A stretch of DNA of 63,733 nt, counting the filler, from Sphingomonadaceae bacterium (GTDB taxonomy: Bacteria > Chloroflexota > UBA6077), in the NCBI GenBank assembly GCA_050261575.1. It is 8 parts of 8 records of this genome, joined end to end, with 100 filler letters (N's around TTAATTAATTAA, not from the genome) between each part and the next. Parts side by side here need not be neighbours in the genome. Positions count along the whole stretch, not along the records: positions 14,714 to 24,906 come from JBLNDL010000055.1; positions 25,007 to 36,985 come from JBLNDL010000059.1; 6 more parts are not named here. The stretch is one strand, 5' to 3'. The position numbers and the translations under genes are program-made. Each line of letters opens with the position of its first letter. Within the stretch, counting starts at the first letter, position 1. The notes beneath the pieces are model-generated. The model was not told where the DNA came from and made no database searches. It saw nothing but the letters and a program-made list of their open reading frames with translations. Shown piece by piece: positions 17,941 to 26,867 of the stretch.

Positions 17941-18675
17941 ATGCGAGTCACGCTGCGACGGGTACTGGGGGTGTGGCTGGCGGCCGTCGCCACCGCCCTC
18001 GCCGCTCTCACCGCAACGCCGCCCTGCCCTGCCGAGGCCGCGGCGCCCTGGAAGGGCTTCGTCAACGCCGGCATCGCCAGGGTCCGGAGCGCACCCAACG
18101 CCAGCGCCCCCATCGTGGAGGTTCTGCCACAGGGCACCACCATCACCGTCGCCGGGTGGGTCACCGGCCAGGAGGTCGACCCCACCAACGACACCTGGGC
18201 CGTGTTGGGCGACGGCCGCTTCGTGTACTCAGCCGTCATCCAGAAGAACGAGCCGGCCGGCCCGCCCCCAGTTCCCGGAGGCGTCCGGTACCGAGGCAGG
18301 TGGATCGACGTCAACGTCACGGAGCAGGTCCTGACGGCATACGAGGGAGCCACTCCGGTCCAAGTGATGGTCATTTCGTCCGGCAGGCCGGAGTACCCAA
18401 CCCCCATCGGCGAATTCACGATCCTGAAGCGGGTCTACAACGAGACCATGACCAGCGCCACGCTGCCCTGGGTTAGGGACAACTACGAGCTGAAGGATGT
18501 CCTCTTCACCCAGTACTTCACCGCGGAGGGTGCCGCCCTCCACCTGGCCTACTGGAAGACTAGGGAGAGTTTCGGCATCCCCACCAGCCACGGTTGCGTC
18601 GGCATGCCGTACGAGGAGGCGGAGTGGCTGTGGAACTGGGCGAGCGAGGGAACCCCGGTCTACATCCACGAATAA
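17941..18675 (+). CDS. L,D-transpeptidase (YkuD) with an N-terminal SH3-like domain
   Basis: Signal peptide, RVRSAPNASAPIV, WIDVNVTEQVL, PTPIGEF, ALH...SHGCVGM; GGAGG RBS. Confidence 0.92.
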   Translation: MRVTLRRVLGVWLAAVATALAALTATPPCPAEAAAPWKGFVNAGIARVRSAPNASAPIVEVLPQGTTITVAGWVTGQEVDPTNDTWAVLGDGRFVYSAVIQKNEPAGPPPVPGGVRYRGRWIDVNVTEQVLTAYEGATPVQVMVISSGRPEYPTPIGEFTILKRVYNETMTSATLPWVRDNYELKDVLFTQYFTAEGAALHLAYWKTRESFGIPTSHGCVGMPYEEAEWLWNWASEGTPVYIHE

Positions 18676-18867
18676 GGCGGTGATTCGTCACTCCAACAGG
18701 GGTGGACCCGGGTCGCGCGTGATGCCAATGGGCATCACCGGTATTCGGTAGGGGGCCGTGCCCGCGAGGCTGCGCCCGCTTGCCTTGCGTCCGTTCCTCG
18801 CCGCGCGCGCGCGCGCCCCCACCTCCGGACCCGGTAGCCCCCGGGCATAGCGGCCGATAGCGGCCAG

Positions 18868-19176
18868 CTACGGGTGCGGCAGGCGGGAGAGGTCGGGGTT
18901 CACCACCAGTTCGTTGCGAACGCTCCTCACCCCACGTGGAAGCCGGCTGCGCACTATCCGCTCCGCCTCAGCCTTCTGCTCCTCGCTCGCCACCTCGCCC
19001 CGCAAGTACACCACCCCCTCCTCGGCGTCCACGTCCACCCGAAGGCCGGTAGACGGGGCGGAGGAGAGAAGCGTGCCCTGCAACGCTGCCTCCGTCCGGA
19101 GATCGTCGAGGATCTCAGCGATAGTCCGTTCGTCTTCTTCGGTTACCCGGCGTGGCCTCCGCCGCTTCCGCTCCAT
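18868..19176 (-). CDS. BON domain protein
   Basis: VDVDAEEGVVYLRGEVASEEQKAEAERI...GVRSVRNELVV. Confidence 0.8.
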   Translation of the reverse strand: MERKRRRPRRVTEEDERTIAEILDDLRTEAALQGTLLSSAPSTGLRVDVDAEEGVVYLRGEVASEEQKAEAERIVRSRLPRGVRSVRNELVVNPDLSRLPHP

Positions 19177-19387
19177 CTAGCTCTCCCGCACGGTGGCGCC
19201 CCCCACGGGCGAAACCATCCCCGATCGTCGCGGCGCCCCCACCATCGCGGGGAGGGATGTTCGCCGCGCCCGTCTATCCCTCCCACACGCACAGACCGGA
19301 CCCGCCGGAGCGGGCGCTGGAGGCGGAACGGCCCCGGGTTACACTCGCCGTCACCCCGTCTCACCGCCGAATGAACCATCCTCAACG

Positions 19388-19402
19388 CGGCACGCGGCGT
19401 GC
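19388..19402 (+). promoter_or_regulatory. Putative sigma-54 promoter
   Basis: CGGCACGCGGCGTGC, ~40 nt upstream of the NRAMP-family ATG. Confidence 0.45.
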
Positions 19403-19443
19403 TCCCCCATGCCTCGATCGTCAACCAGGGCACCGAGGCATCG

Positions 19444-20775
19444 ATGGCGCTACCAGCGAGGGAGCCGGAGTCGAAGCCGCCGAAGCCGCGCCGCCGCCGG
19501 CCGACGAGGACGAGGATCGGCCGCGAGGGCAGGCGAACCTGCCAGCCGGGGGAGCCCTCGGTTCGGGTGCCCCTGGCGGAGATCCCCCGCCACCTGGGTC
19601 CGGGCCTCATCTCGGGGCTCTCTGCCCTGGACCCCACCACCGTGGCCACGCTGGCCATCGTCGGCTCCACCCTGGGCTACCAGCTACTCTGGCTCATCCT
19701 GCTACTGCTTCCCATGCTGGTGACGGTGCAGGTGATCAGCGCCAGGGTTGGGTTGGTGGCGGAGCACGAGCTGGCGACAGTGATCAGGGACAAGTTCGGG
19801 CGGCTTTGGGCTGCGATCGCCGCCTTGCTGGTGGTATCGGTCAACCTCCTCACCATCGCCGCCGACCTGGGGGGAGGGGCCGCAGCGCTGGGCATCCTCA
19901 CCGGACTGGACTGGCGCTGGTTCGTGCCCCCGCTGGCGTTGGCGCTGGGCACGCTGCTGCTGCTCGGCGGATACTATGGGGTACAGCGGGTGCTGCGCTA
20001 CGTTATGGTGGTGTTCGCCGCTTACGTCGTGGCCGCCTTCCTCGTCCAGCCAGATTGGGGCCAGGTCCTGCGCCACGCCTTCGTCCCGACCCTCTCCACC
20101 AGCCCGGACTACGTGGCCGGCGCCCTAGCCATTCTGGGCACCACCCTCACCAGCTACGTCTACTTCTGGGAGACGATCGAGATGCAGGAGGAGAGGCGAC
20201 CGCTGGCCTTCCTCTGGGTGGTGGAACTGGATGCCGCAATCGGCATGGTCGCCGCCGCGGTCGTCTCCGCCTTCGTCGTGATCACCACGGGGGCCACGCT
20301 TGGGATGCGCGGGGAGGCGGTGGGTTCGGCCGAGGACGCCGCCAAGGCGCTGGTCCCCCTCGCCGGCCCCCTCGCGGGCTACCTCTTCGCACTGGGGCTG
20401 CTCGCCTCGGCCGTCCTCGCCATTCCGGTGCTGTCCAGCACCACGGCCTACGTCCTGGCGGATACCGTCCAGTGGGGTCCCTCGGGCACACCCAGGGAGA
20501 GCGGCCGCCCGTTCCACCTGGTCCTGCTGGGCAGCCTGGCCATCGGGACCCTCGTAGCCCTCCTGGGCATCGAGCCGTTTCGACTGCTCTTCTTCGCCGG
20601 CATCGCTGGAGGCATCGGCACGCCGCTGCTGCTGGGATTGCTCGTGCTGGTGGCGCGGGATCCGGAGATCATGTGCGATCGGCGGATCGGCGCCGGTCTA
20701 GCCACCATGGCGTGGCTCACCACGGCCGTCGTAGGCTTCGCCAGCCTCCTCTACCTGGCGCAGCAGTTGATGTAG
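19444..20775 (+). CDS. NRAMP family divalent metal transporter-like protein
   Basis: LGPGLISGLSALDPTTVAT, LGTTLTSYVYFWE, ~11 TMs. Confidence 0.85.
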   Translation: MALPAREPESKPPKPRRRRPTRTRIGREGRRTCQPGEPSVRVPLAEIPRHLGPGLISGLSALDPTTVATLAIVGSTLGYQLLWLILLLLPMLVTVQVISARVGLVAEHELATVIRDKFGRLWAAIAALLVVSVNLLTIAADLGGGAAALGILTGLDWRWFVPPLALALGTLLLLGGYYGVQRVLRYVMVVFAAYVVAAFLVQPDWGQVLRHAFVPTLSTSPDYVAGALAILGTTLTSYVYFWETIEMQEERRPLAFLWVVELDAAIGMVAAAVVSAFVVITTGATLGMRGEAVGSAEDAAKALVPLAGPLAGYLFALGLLASAVLAIPVLSSTTAYVLADTVQWGPSGTPRESGRPFHLVLLGSLAIGTLVALLGIEPFRLLFFAGIAGGIGTPLLLGLLVLVARDPEIMCDRRIGAGLATMAWLTTAVVGFASLLYLAQQLM

Positions 20776-20974
20776 CCGCGCCCTGCAGAGAGCCTCCGAC
20801 GGCGCCCTCTTGTCCGCGATGCTCCACGTATACTACTATGAGTTAAGTTTTGAAGGATCGTTCTCCGGTCGAGCAGCCTGGACTGGCCGATCCGAGCCGC
20901 GCTCGGTCGGCGTTCCGCCCGGCCGATTCGTTCGAAGGGGCGAACGGCCGGCGCCCCACGGGAAGGAGCGCCAA

Positions 20975-21739
20975 ATGCAGGTCGACATCAACTGCGACAT
21001 GGGTGAGAGCTTCGGGGCATACACCATCGGCAGCGACGAGGAGATGATGCGCCACATCACCTCCGCGAACATCGCCTGCGGCTTCCACGCCGCCGACCCC
21101 ATGGTCATGGACCGAACCGTCCAGTTGGCCTTGCGGCATGGGGTCCAGTTGGGCAGCCACCCCGGCTATCCCGATCTGATGGGCTTCGGCCGCAGGGTAA
21201 TGGACGCCTCCCCAGCCGAGGTGGAGAACTACGTGCTGTACCAGTTGGGCGCGCTGTGGGCCTTCGCCAGATCCCACGGGGCGGAGGTGCGCCACGTCAA
21301 GGCCCACGGGGCACTGGGCAACGTGGCCTTCGTCAACCCCGAGATCGCCCGAGCCATCGCCAGGGGCGCCGCCCGCTTCAGCAAAGAGTTGATCCTGATA
21401 GCGCTGGCCAACACCCCCCTCGTGGAGGCCGGCCAGGAGTTCGGCCTCAGGGTAGCCGTGGAGGCGTACCCGGAGCGCGCCTACAACGCCGACGGCACCC
21501 TCCGCTCCCGCAAGCTGCCGGGCGCATCCATCCACGACCCGGCGGTCGCGGTCCAGCGAGCCCTCCAGATGGTCCGCGAGGGGACTGTGACGGCCTACAC
21601 CGGCGAGACCGTGCGGATGAAGGTGGACACCCTCTGCATCCACGGCGACAACCCCGTCGCGCCCCAGATTGCGGCGGCCATGGTCGAAGCGCTCAAGGGC
21701 GCCGGCATCCAGGTCCGGCCTATGGCGGAGTTCGTATGA
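20975..21739 (+). CDS. pxpA: 5-oxoprolinase subunit A (LamB/YcsF)
   Basis: DINCDMGESFG, SANIACGFHA, HPGYPDLMGFGRR, HVKAHGAL, TLCIHGD. Confidence 0.93.
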   Translation: MQVDINCDMGESFGAYTIGSDEEMMRHITSANIACGFHAADPMVMDRTVQLALRHGVQLGSHPGYPDLMGFGRRVMDASPAEVENYVLYQLGALWAFARSHGAEVRHVKAHGALGNVAFVNPEIARAIARGAARFSKELILIALANTPLVEAGQEFGLRVAVEAYPERAYNADGTLRSRKLPGASIHDPAVAVQRALQMVREGTVTAYTGETVRMKVDTLCIHGDNPVAPQIAAAMVEALKGAGIQVRPMAEFV

Positions 21740-22431
21740 GCGAAGGCGTCCCAAGGGTGGACCCCGCCGGGGACGCCGCGCTGCTGGTGACCCTCGGCAA
21801 CGAGATCAGCCTGGAGGTGAACTCCCGCGTGCGCGCCCTGGCGCGAGCCGTGGAGGCGGAGGGGGTGCCCGGTGTCCAGGAGATGGTTATCGGCTACGCC
21901 ACCCTGCTCCTGTTCTACGACCCCCTCCGCACCACCTTCGAGGAGACCCGTGACCGCGTGCTCCGTCTCGCGGATCGGGCAAGCGCGTCCGGCGAGCAAG
22001 AGGGGCGGCTGCGCGAGATCCCCACCGTGTTCGGCGGCGCCTACGGTCGCGACCTCCCCTCGGTTGCGCTCCTCCTCGGCATGTCCGAGGAGGAGGTGCT
22101 CCGCATCTTCACGGGGGCCACCTTCACCGTCTTCATGCTGGGTTTCGCGCCGGGCAACCCCTACCTGGGAGGGCTGCCCCCCAAGCTGGCGCTGCCGCGC
22201 CTGGAGAGCCCCAGGGAGCGGGTGCCCGCCGGCACCGTCGCCATCGCCAACCAGGCCACCATCTACGCGCTCACGAGCCCCGGCGGCTGGAGGTGGCTAG
22301 GCCGGACCCCGATCAAGCTGTTCGATCCCGCGGCCGATCCTCCCGTCTACCTCCAGGACGGCGATAGGGTCCGCTTCGTCCCCATCTCGGAGGAGGAGTA
22401 CCTCCGCATGGGCGGGGAGAGGGCAGAATGA
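21736..22431 (+). CDS. pxpB: 5-oxoprolinase subunit B (KipI/AHS1)
   Basis: GDAALLV, MLGFAPGNPYLG, PRERVPAGTVAIA, SPGGWRWLGRT; ATGA overlap with pxpA. Confidence 0.92.
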   Translation: MSEGVPRVDPAGDAALLVTLGNEISLEVNSRVRALARAVEAEGVPGVQEMVIGYATLLLFYDPLRTTFEETRDRVLRLADRASASGEQEGRLREIPTVFGGAYGRDLPSVALLLGMSEEEVLRIFTGATFTVFMLGFAPGNPYLGGLPPKLALPRLESPRERVPAGTVAIANQATIYALTSPGGWRWLGRTPIKLFDPAADPPVYLQDGDRVRFVPISEEEYLRMGGERAE

Positions 22432-23363
22432 GCGTCTTCCTCGAGGTCCTCGAGCCCGGTCTATTAACCACCGTTCAAGACCTCGGTCGCGTCGGTTACC
22501 AGCGGTGGGGCATCCCCACCGCCGGGGCGATGGATCCCTTCGCGCTGAAAGCAGCCAACGCCCTGGTGGGCAACCCGCCCGCCGCAGCCTGCCTGGAGAT
22601 CACCCTGCAAGGACCCAGGATCCGCTTCACCGAGGGGTGCGCCATCGCCGTCACTGGAGGAGACCTGGGGGCGCGGCTGGACGGATGGGAGTTGGAGCTC
22701 TGGCGCCGCCGCTTGGTGAGCCCCGGCAGCGTCCTCGACTTCACCGGCCGCCGCAGCGGCGCCAGAGCCTACCTGGCCGTCTCGGGCGGCATCGGCGTGG
22801 AGCCCTGGTTGGGCTCGCGATCCACCTACCTCATGGCATCCGTGGGAGGCCTGGAGGGAAGAGCCCTGCGGGCGGGCGACGTGCTGCCCGTCGGGCCCGC
22901 GACCCTCACCCTGGCCCGCCCCAGCATTCCGCCGGAGCGCCGCCCGCCCTACGGGGGTGAGCCCACCGTCCGAGTGGTGTTGGGTCCCCACTCCGATCGG
23001 TTCACGCAGGAGGGGATCGAGGCATTCCTCTCGGGTAGCTACCAGGTGACTCCCAGCTCCAACCGGATGGGCTACCGGCTGGAGGGTCCGAGGATAGCCC
23101 ACACGCGGGGCCCGGACCTCATCTCCTGCGGGATCCCCTTTGGGGGCATCCAGGTGCCGGGGAGCGGGCAGCCCATCATCCTGATGGCGGACCACCAGAC
23201 GGCGGGCGGCTACACCATGATCGCCACTGTGATCCAGGCGGACATCCCACTGGTGGCCCAGGTGCTACCCGGCGAGAAGCTGAGGTTCAAGGCCGTCGGC
23301 CTGGAGGAAGCGCGGCAGAGTCTCCGTCGCCTGGAGGAGGGGCTGCGCGCGGCAGTATCTTGA
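22428..23363 (+). CDS. pxpC: 5-oxoprolinase subunit C (KipA/AHS2)
   Basis: TTVQDLGR, GAMD, GARAYLAVSGG, SNRMGYRL, IQVPGSGQPIILMADHQTAGGY. Confidence 0.93.
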   Translation: MSVFLEVLEPGLLTTVQDLGRVGYQRWGIPTAGAMDPFALKAANALVGNPPAAACLEITLQGPRIRFTEGCAIAVTGGDLGARLDGWELELWRRRLVSPGSVLDFTGRRSGARAYLAVSGGIGVEPWLGSRSTYLMASVGGLEGRALRAGDVLPVGPATLTLARPSIPPERRPPYGGEPTVRVVLGPHSDRFTQEGIEAFLSGSYQVTPSSNRMGYRLEGPRIAHTRGPDLISCGIPFGGIQVPGSGQPIILMADHQTAGGYTMIATVIQADIPLVAQVLPGEKLRFKAVGLEEARQSLRRLEEGLRAAVS

Positions 23364-23379
23364 AGGGAGCGTTCACTCT

Positions 23380-24426
23380 ATGCCTCACCTCTTCGAGCCC
23401 CTGGCCCTTCGTGGTCTCACGCTGAAGAACCGCATAGCCCTGTCACCGATGTGCCAGTACTCGGCCGGCCCCGACGGGCTGCCCACGGACTGGCACTACC
23501 TCCACTACCCCACTCGGGCCGTCGGCGGCGTCGGGCTGATCCTCGTGGAAGCCACCGCCGTGGAGAGTCGGGGCCGCATCAGCACCGCCGATCTCGGCCT
23601 GTACGACGATCGCCAGGTGGAGCCGCTCGCCCGGCTGGTGCAGTTGTGCCACCAGCATGGGGCCAAGGTGGGCGTCCAGATAGCGCATGCCGGACGCAAG
23701 GCGTTCTCCAACGGCCCGGAGCAGAAGGGCTTCGGCCCGGAGCCGACCGTGGCACCGAGCGCTCTCCCCTTCGACGAGGGCTGGAGCACCCCCCACGCCC
23801 TGACACTGGAAGAGATCGACGAGATCGTGGACTCCTTCCGCCAGGCCGCCCGGCGGGCCCTCGGCGCGGGCTTCGACCTGATCGAAATCCACGGCGCCCA
23901 CGGCTACCTGATCAGCGAGTTCCTCTCCCCGCTCTCGAATCGCCGGGAGGACCGGTACGGTGGCTCCCTGGAGAACCGGATGCGTTTCCTCCATCGGGTG
24001 GTGGACGCCGTGAGAGAGGTGTGGCCGGAGAAGTCGCCCCTCTTCGTGCGGCTCTCGGTGTCCGATTGGACGCCAGGGGGCATGGACGTCGTCCAGTCGG
24101 TCGAGGTGGCCAGGACGATCCGGGAGCGGGGGGTGGACCTGGTCGATTGCAGCTCCGGAGGGGTGGTACCCACTCCGCCGCCGACCGGCCCGGGCTATCA
24201 GGTGCCCTTCGCCCACCGGATCAAGCGAGAGGCCGGAATCCCGACCGGTGCCGTTGGAATGATCACCGCCCCGGAGATGGCCGACGAGATCGTCCGCAAC
24301 CAGAGGGCGGACCTGGTGCTCCTGGGGCGGGAGCTGCTCCGAACCCCTTACTGGCCCCTGGAGGCAGCCCGCAAGCTCGGCGTGGACGTGGAGTGGCCCG
24401 TCCAGTACCGCAGGGCGAAGCGCTGA
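23380..24426 (+). CDS. namA: NADPH dehydrogenase (YqjM-type old yellow enzyme)
   Basis: SPMCQYS, QIAHAGRK, EIHGAHGYL, RELLRTPYWP, WPVQYRR. Confidence 0.9.
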   Translation: MPHLFEPLALRGLTLKNRIALSPMCQYSAGPDGLPTDWHYLHYPTRAVGGVGLILVEATAVESRGRISTADLGLYDDRQVEPLARLVQLCHQHGAKVGVQIAHAGRKAFSNGPEQKGFGPEPTVAPSALPFDEGWSTPHALTLEEIDEIVDSFRQAARRALGAGFDLIEIHGAHGYLISEFLSPLSNRREDRYGGSLENRMRFLHRVVDAVREVWPEKSPLFVRLSVSDWTPGGMDVVQSVEVARTIRERGVDLVDCSSGGVVPTPPPTGPGYQVPFAHRIKREAGIPTGAVGMITAPEMADEIVRNQRADLVLLGRELLRTPYWPLEAARKLGVDVEWPVQYRRAKR

Positions 24427-24664
24427 GGGCAACGATGCCGCTAGAGGCCGCAGTCGCCACACTGCGGCCTCTTGTGGTAGAATTACTGTAGGTAACAAGC
24501 TTTATCCCTGGCTATTCTGTTCGCGGCCCCGCTAGTGTCGCGTCGCAGATAGGGAATGGGCGCGGCAGGGAACGGACCGGACGAACCACCGGGGACCGCG
24601 CGGGCACTGTAGATGGTCCGCGCCGCTCATGGGTGTGTCCTGGGTCGCAATGGGGCGAACCACT

Positions 24665-24699
24665 GGGCCGGATCCTCAAGAGATCCGACCCTTTTTGTT
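24665..24699 (+). terminator. Intrinsic terminator-like hairpin in the fusA leader
   Basis: GGGCCGGATC-CTCAAGA-GATCCGACCC followed by TTTTTGTT, ~55 nt before the fusA start. Confidence 0.55.
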
Positions 24700-24752
24700 G
24701 CTCGACGACCGGGACCCCACAATCGACACGGAAGAGGAATTGGAAAAACCCA

Positions 24753-24906
24753 TTGACTGACAAGACTCTGCTACAGAAGACGCGCAACATCGGGATCATC
24801 GCGCACATCGACGCCGGAAAGACCACGACCACCGAGCGGATCCTCTACTACACCGGCCGGACCTACAAGATCGGCGAGGTGCACGAGGGCACCGCGGTGA
24901 TGGACT
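24753..24906 (+). CDS. fusA: Elongation factor G, 5' end (cut by contig end)
   Basis: [39 protein letters not shown]. Confidence 0.93.
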
Positions 24907-25006
24907 NNNNNNNNNNNNNNNNNNNNNNNNNNNNNNNNNNNNNNNNNNNNTTAATTAATTAANNNNNNNNNNNNNNNNNNNNNNNNNNNNNNNNNNNNNN
25001 NNNNNN
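24907..25006. other. Artificial contig linker
   Basis: N44-TTAATTAATTAA-N44. Confidence 0.98.
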
Positions 25007-25209
25007 CGGTAGAGCCTGTCGAGGCTGTTGTCGCTCATGGCTGTCTCCTTGACGATCGGAGGGGCGACCGGCCGGGCGCCCCCACCCGCCCGATGGGGCG
25101 GGGGGGGGGGGGCCCCCCCCCCCGCCGCGGGGGGGGCCGCCCGGCCGCCCCCCCCTCCGATCGTCAAGGAGACAGCCATGAGCGACAACAGCCTCGACAG
25201 GCTCTACCG
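25007..25209. repeat. Contig-end fold-back (~58-bp inverted duplication), probable artefact
   Basis: 25007-25064 is the reverse complement of ~25152-25209; the arms are separated by G/C homopolymer noise. Confidence 0.85.
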
Positions 25210-26548
25210 CTACGTCGACCAGGAATCCGAGCGGCTGATCCAGGATCTGTGCGACCTCCTGGCCGAGCCGAGCATCTCCGCCCAGAACGTTGGGATGGAG
25301 GAGTGCGCCCGCAAGCTCGCAGCCATGATGGGCAAGTCCGGCATCGCCACGGAGATCCTTCCCACGGAGGGCTACCCCGTGGTGTACGGCGAGGTCCACG
25401 CCGGAGACCATCTGCCCACACTGGCCATCTACGGCCACTACGACGTCCAGCCTCCGGAGCCGCTGGAGCTGTGGAACACCCCACCCTTCCAGCCCACCCG
25501 CATCGGGGATTACATCTACGCCAGGGCCGCTACCGACGACAAGGGCAACCTGGTGGCCACCTTCAAGGCGGTCGAGGCGCTGCTGCGCACCGGGGATCGG
25601 CTGCCAGTCAACGTCAAGTTCTTCTTCGAGGGGGAGGAGGAGATCGGCAGCCCCAGCCTGGAGGGCTTCCTCAGAGCCCACCGTGAGCGCTTCGCGGGGG
25701 CGGACGCCACCATCCTGTGCGATCGAGGCGTCCACGAGTCGGGCCGACCCCATCTCTTCCTGGGCAACAAGGGGATCATCAAGGCGGAGGTGACCCTCCA
25801 CGGCCCCAAGCGGGACGTCCACTCTAGCCAGGCCCCCATCATGCCCAGCCCCGTCTGGGATCTGGTGAACCTCCTCCATCAGGTCAAGCCCGATGGCAGG
25901 ACCGTGGCGATCCCGGGCTTCTACGACCGGGTCGTTCCCCCTACACCACTGGAGCGGGAACTGATCGAGAGCATCCCCTTCTCCGTAGAGGAGTACCTGC
26001 GGGATTACGGTCTGAGCCACCTGCTGGTGGAGGGCAACCCCGCCGACGTGCTGACCGAGCTACTGTTCAAGCCCACCTTCAACATCCAGGGGATCTTCGG
26101 CGGCTACACCGGCTCCGGCAGCAAGACGATCCTTCCCGCCAGCGCCACGGCCAAGATCGACATCCGGCTGGTCCACGCCATGACCGCCGAGGACACCATC
26201 TCGAAGGTGAGGAACTTCTTCGCGGAGCGAGGGTACGAGGCGAACCTCAAGATCACGGGAGAGACGCAGGAGTACAAGCTGTCCCCGGACAACCCGGTGG
26301 TGCAGACGGCCATGGAGGCGGCGAGACGTGCCTACGGCCTGGAGCCGGTGGTTTGGCCGCTACTGGAGGGTTCCGGCCCCATGGCTCTCTTTCCCGAGAT
26401 CCTGGGCACCCCCACCTTCATCATCGGCCTGGGTGCGCCCTTCTCCACGGCCAACACCCACGCCCCCAACGAGAACATCGGGATCCACCACTACCTCACC
26501 GGCATCAAGATGATCGCCACCCTGCTGGCGATGTACAGGGAGAGGTAG
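25178..26548 (+). CDS. M20/M25/M40 family metallopeptidase (dipeptidase/ArgE-DapE-like)
   Basis: YGHYDVQP, ARAATDDKG, EGEEEIGS, DVHS, HAPNEN; AAGGAG RBS. Confidence 0.92.
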   Translation: MSDNSLDRLYRYVDQESERLIQDLCDLLAEPSISAQNVGMEECARKLAAMMGKSGIATEILPTEGYPVVYGEVHAGDHLPTLAIYGHYDVQPPEPLELWNTPPFQPTRIGDYIYARAATDDKGNLVATFKAVEALLRTGDRLPVNVKFFFEGEEEIGSPSLEGFLRAHRERFAGADATILCDRGVHESGRPHLFLGNKGIIKAEVTLHGPKRDVHSSQAPIMPSPVWDLVNLLHQVKPDGRTVAIPGFYDRVVPPTPLERELIESIPFSVEEYLRDYGLSHLLVEGNPADVLTELLFKPTFNIQGIFGGYTGSGSKTILPASATAKIDIRLVHAMTAEDTISKVRNFFAERGYEANLKITGETQEYKLSPDNPVVQTAMEAARRAYGLEPVVWPLLEGSGPMALFPEILGTPTFIIGLGAPFSTANTHAPNENIGIHHYLTGIKMIATLLAMYRER

Positions 26549-26572
26549 AGCAGGGCGTACCTGCCGTCGACC

Positions 26573-26599
26573 GTAGGGGCGGGTCTGGGGCCCGCCCCC
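26573..26599. repeat. REP-like palindrome (GTAG-headed)
   Basis: GTAGGGGCGGG-TCTGGGG-CCCGCCCC just downstream of a stop codon. Confidence 0.45.
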
Positions 26600-26867
26600 A
26601 TCCCTTCCCCTGACCCTAGCCGAATCCGCTGCGGCTAGGCGCGCCTAACGCTTCTTTTAGCTAAGATCCTCCTCCGCTGTCAGCCTTTCGTCACCCGCCA
26701 TCTCCAGCATGAGATAGGCCGTACTCGAGTCGTCCGTACGGCCCCACAGGGGGGGACAGGCTCTGATCGCAGCCACCAGCCAGCTCACGAGGAGGGGCGG
26801 GCGGTGGGCTTCGGGAGCCATCTTCCCGCCCTGATCTCGAGGCTGTTGGCGTGGATCGGAGGTTGAC

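Noticed and set aside
25007..25209. Long inverted repeat resembling a hairpin telomere or invertible element
   Set aside because: It duplicates the start of the M20 gene exactly at a contig end and encloses homopolymer noise, which is typical of a fold-back or chimeric read artefact.
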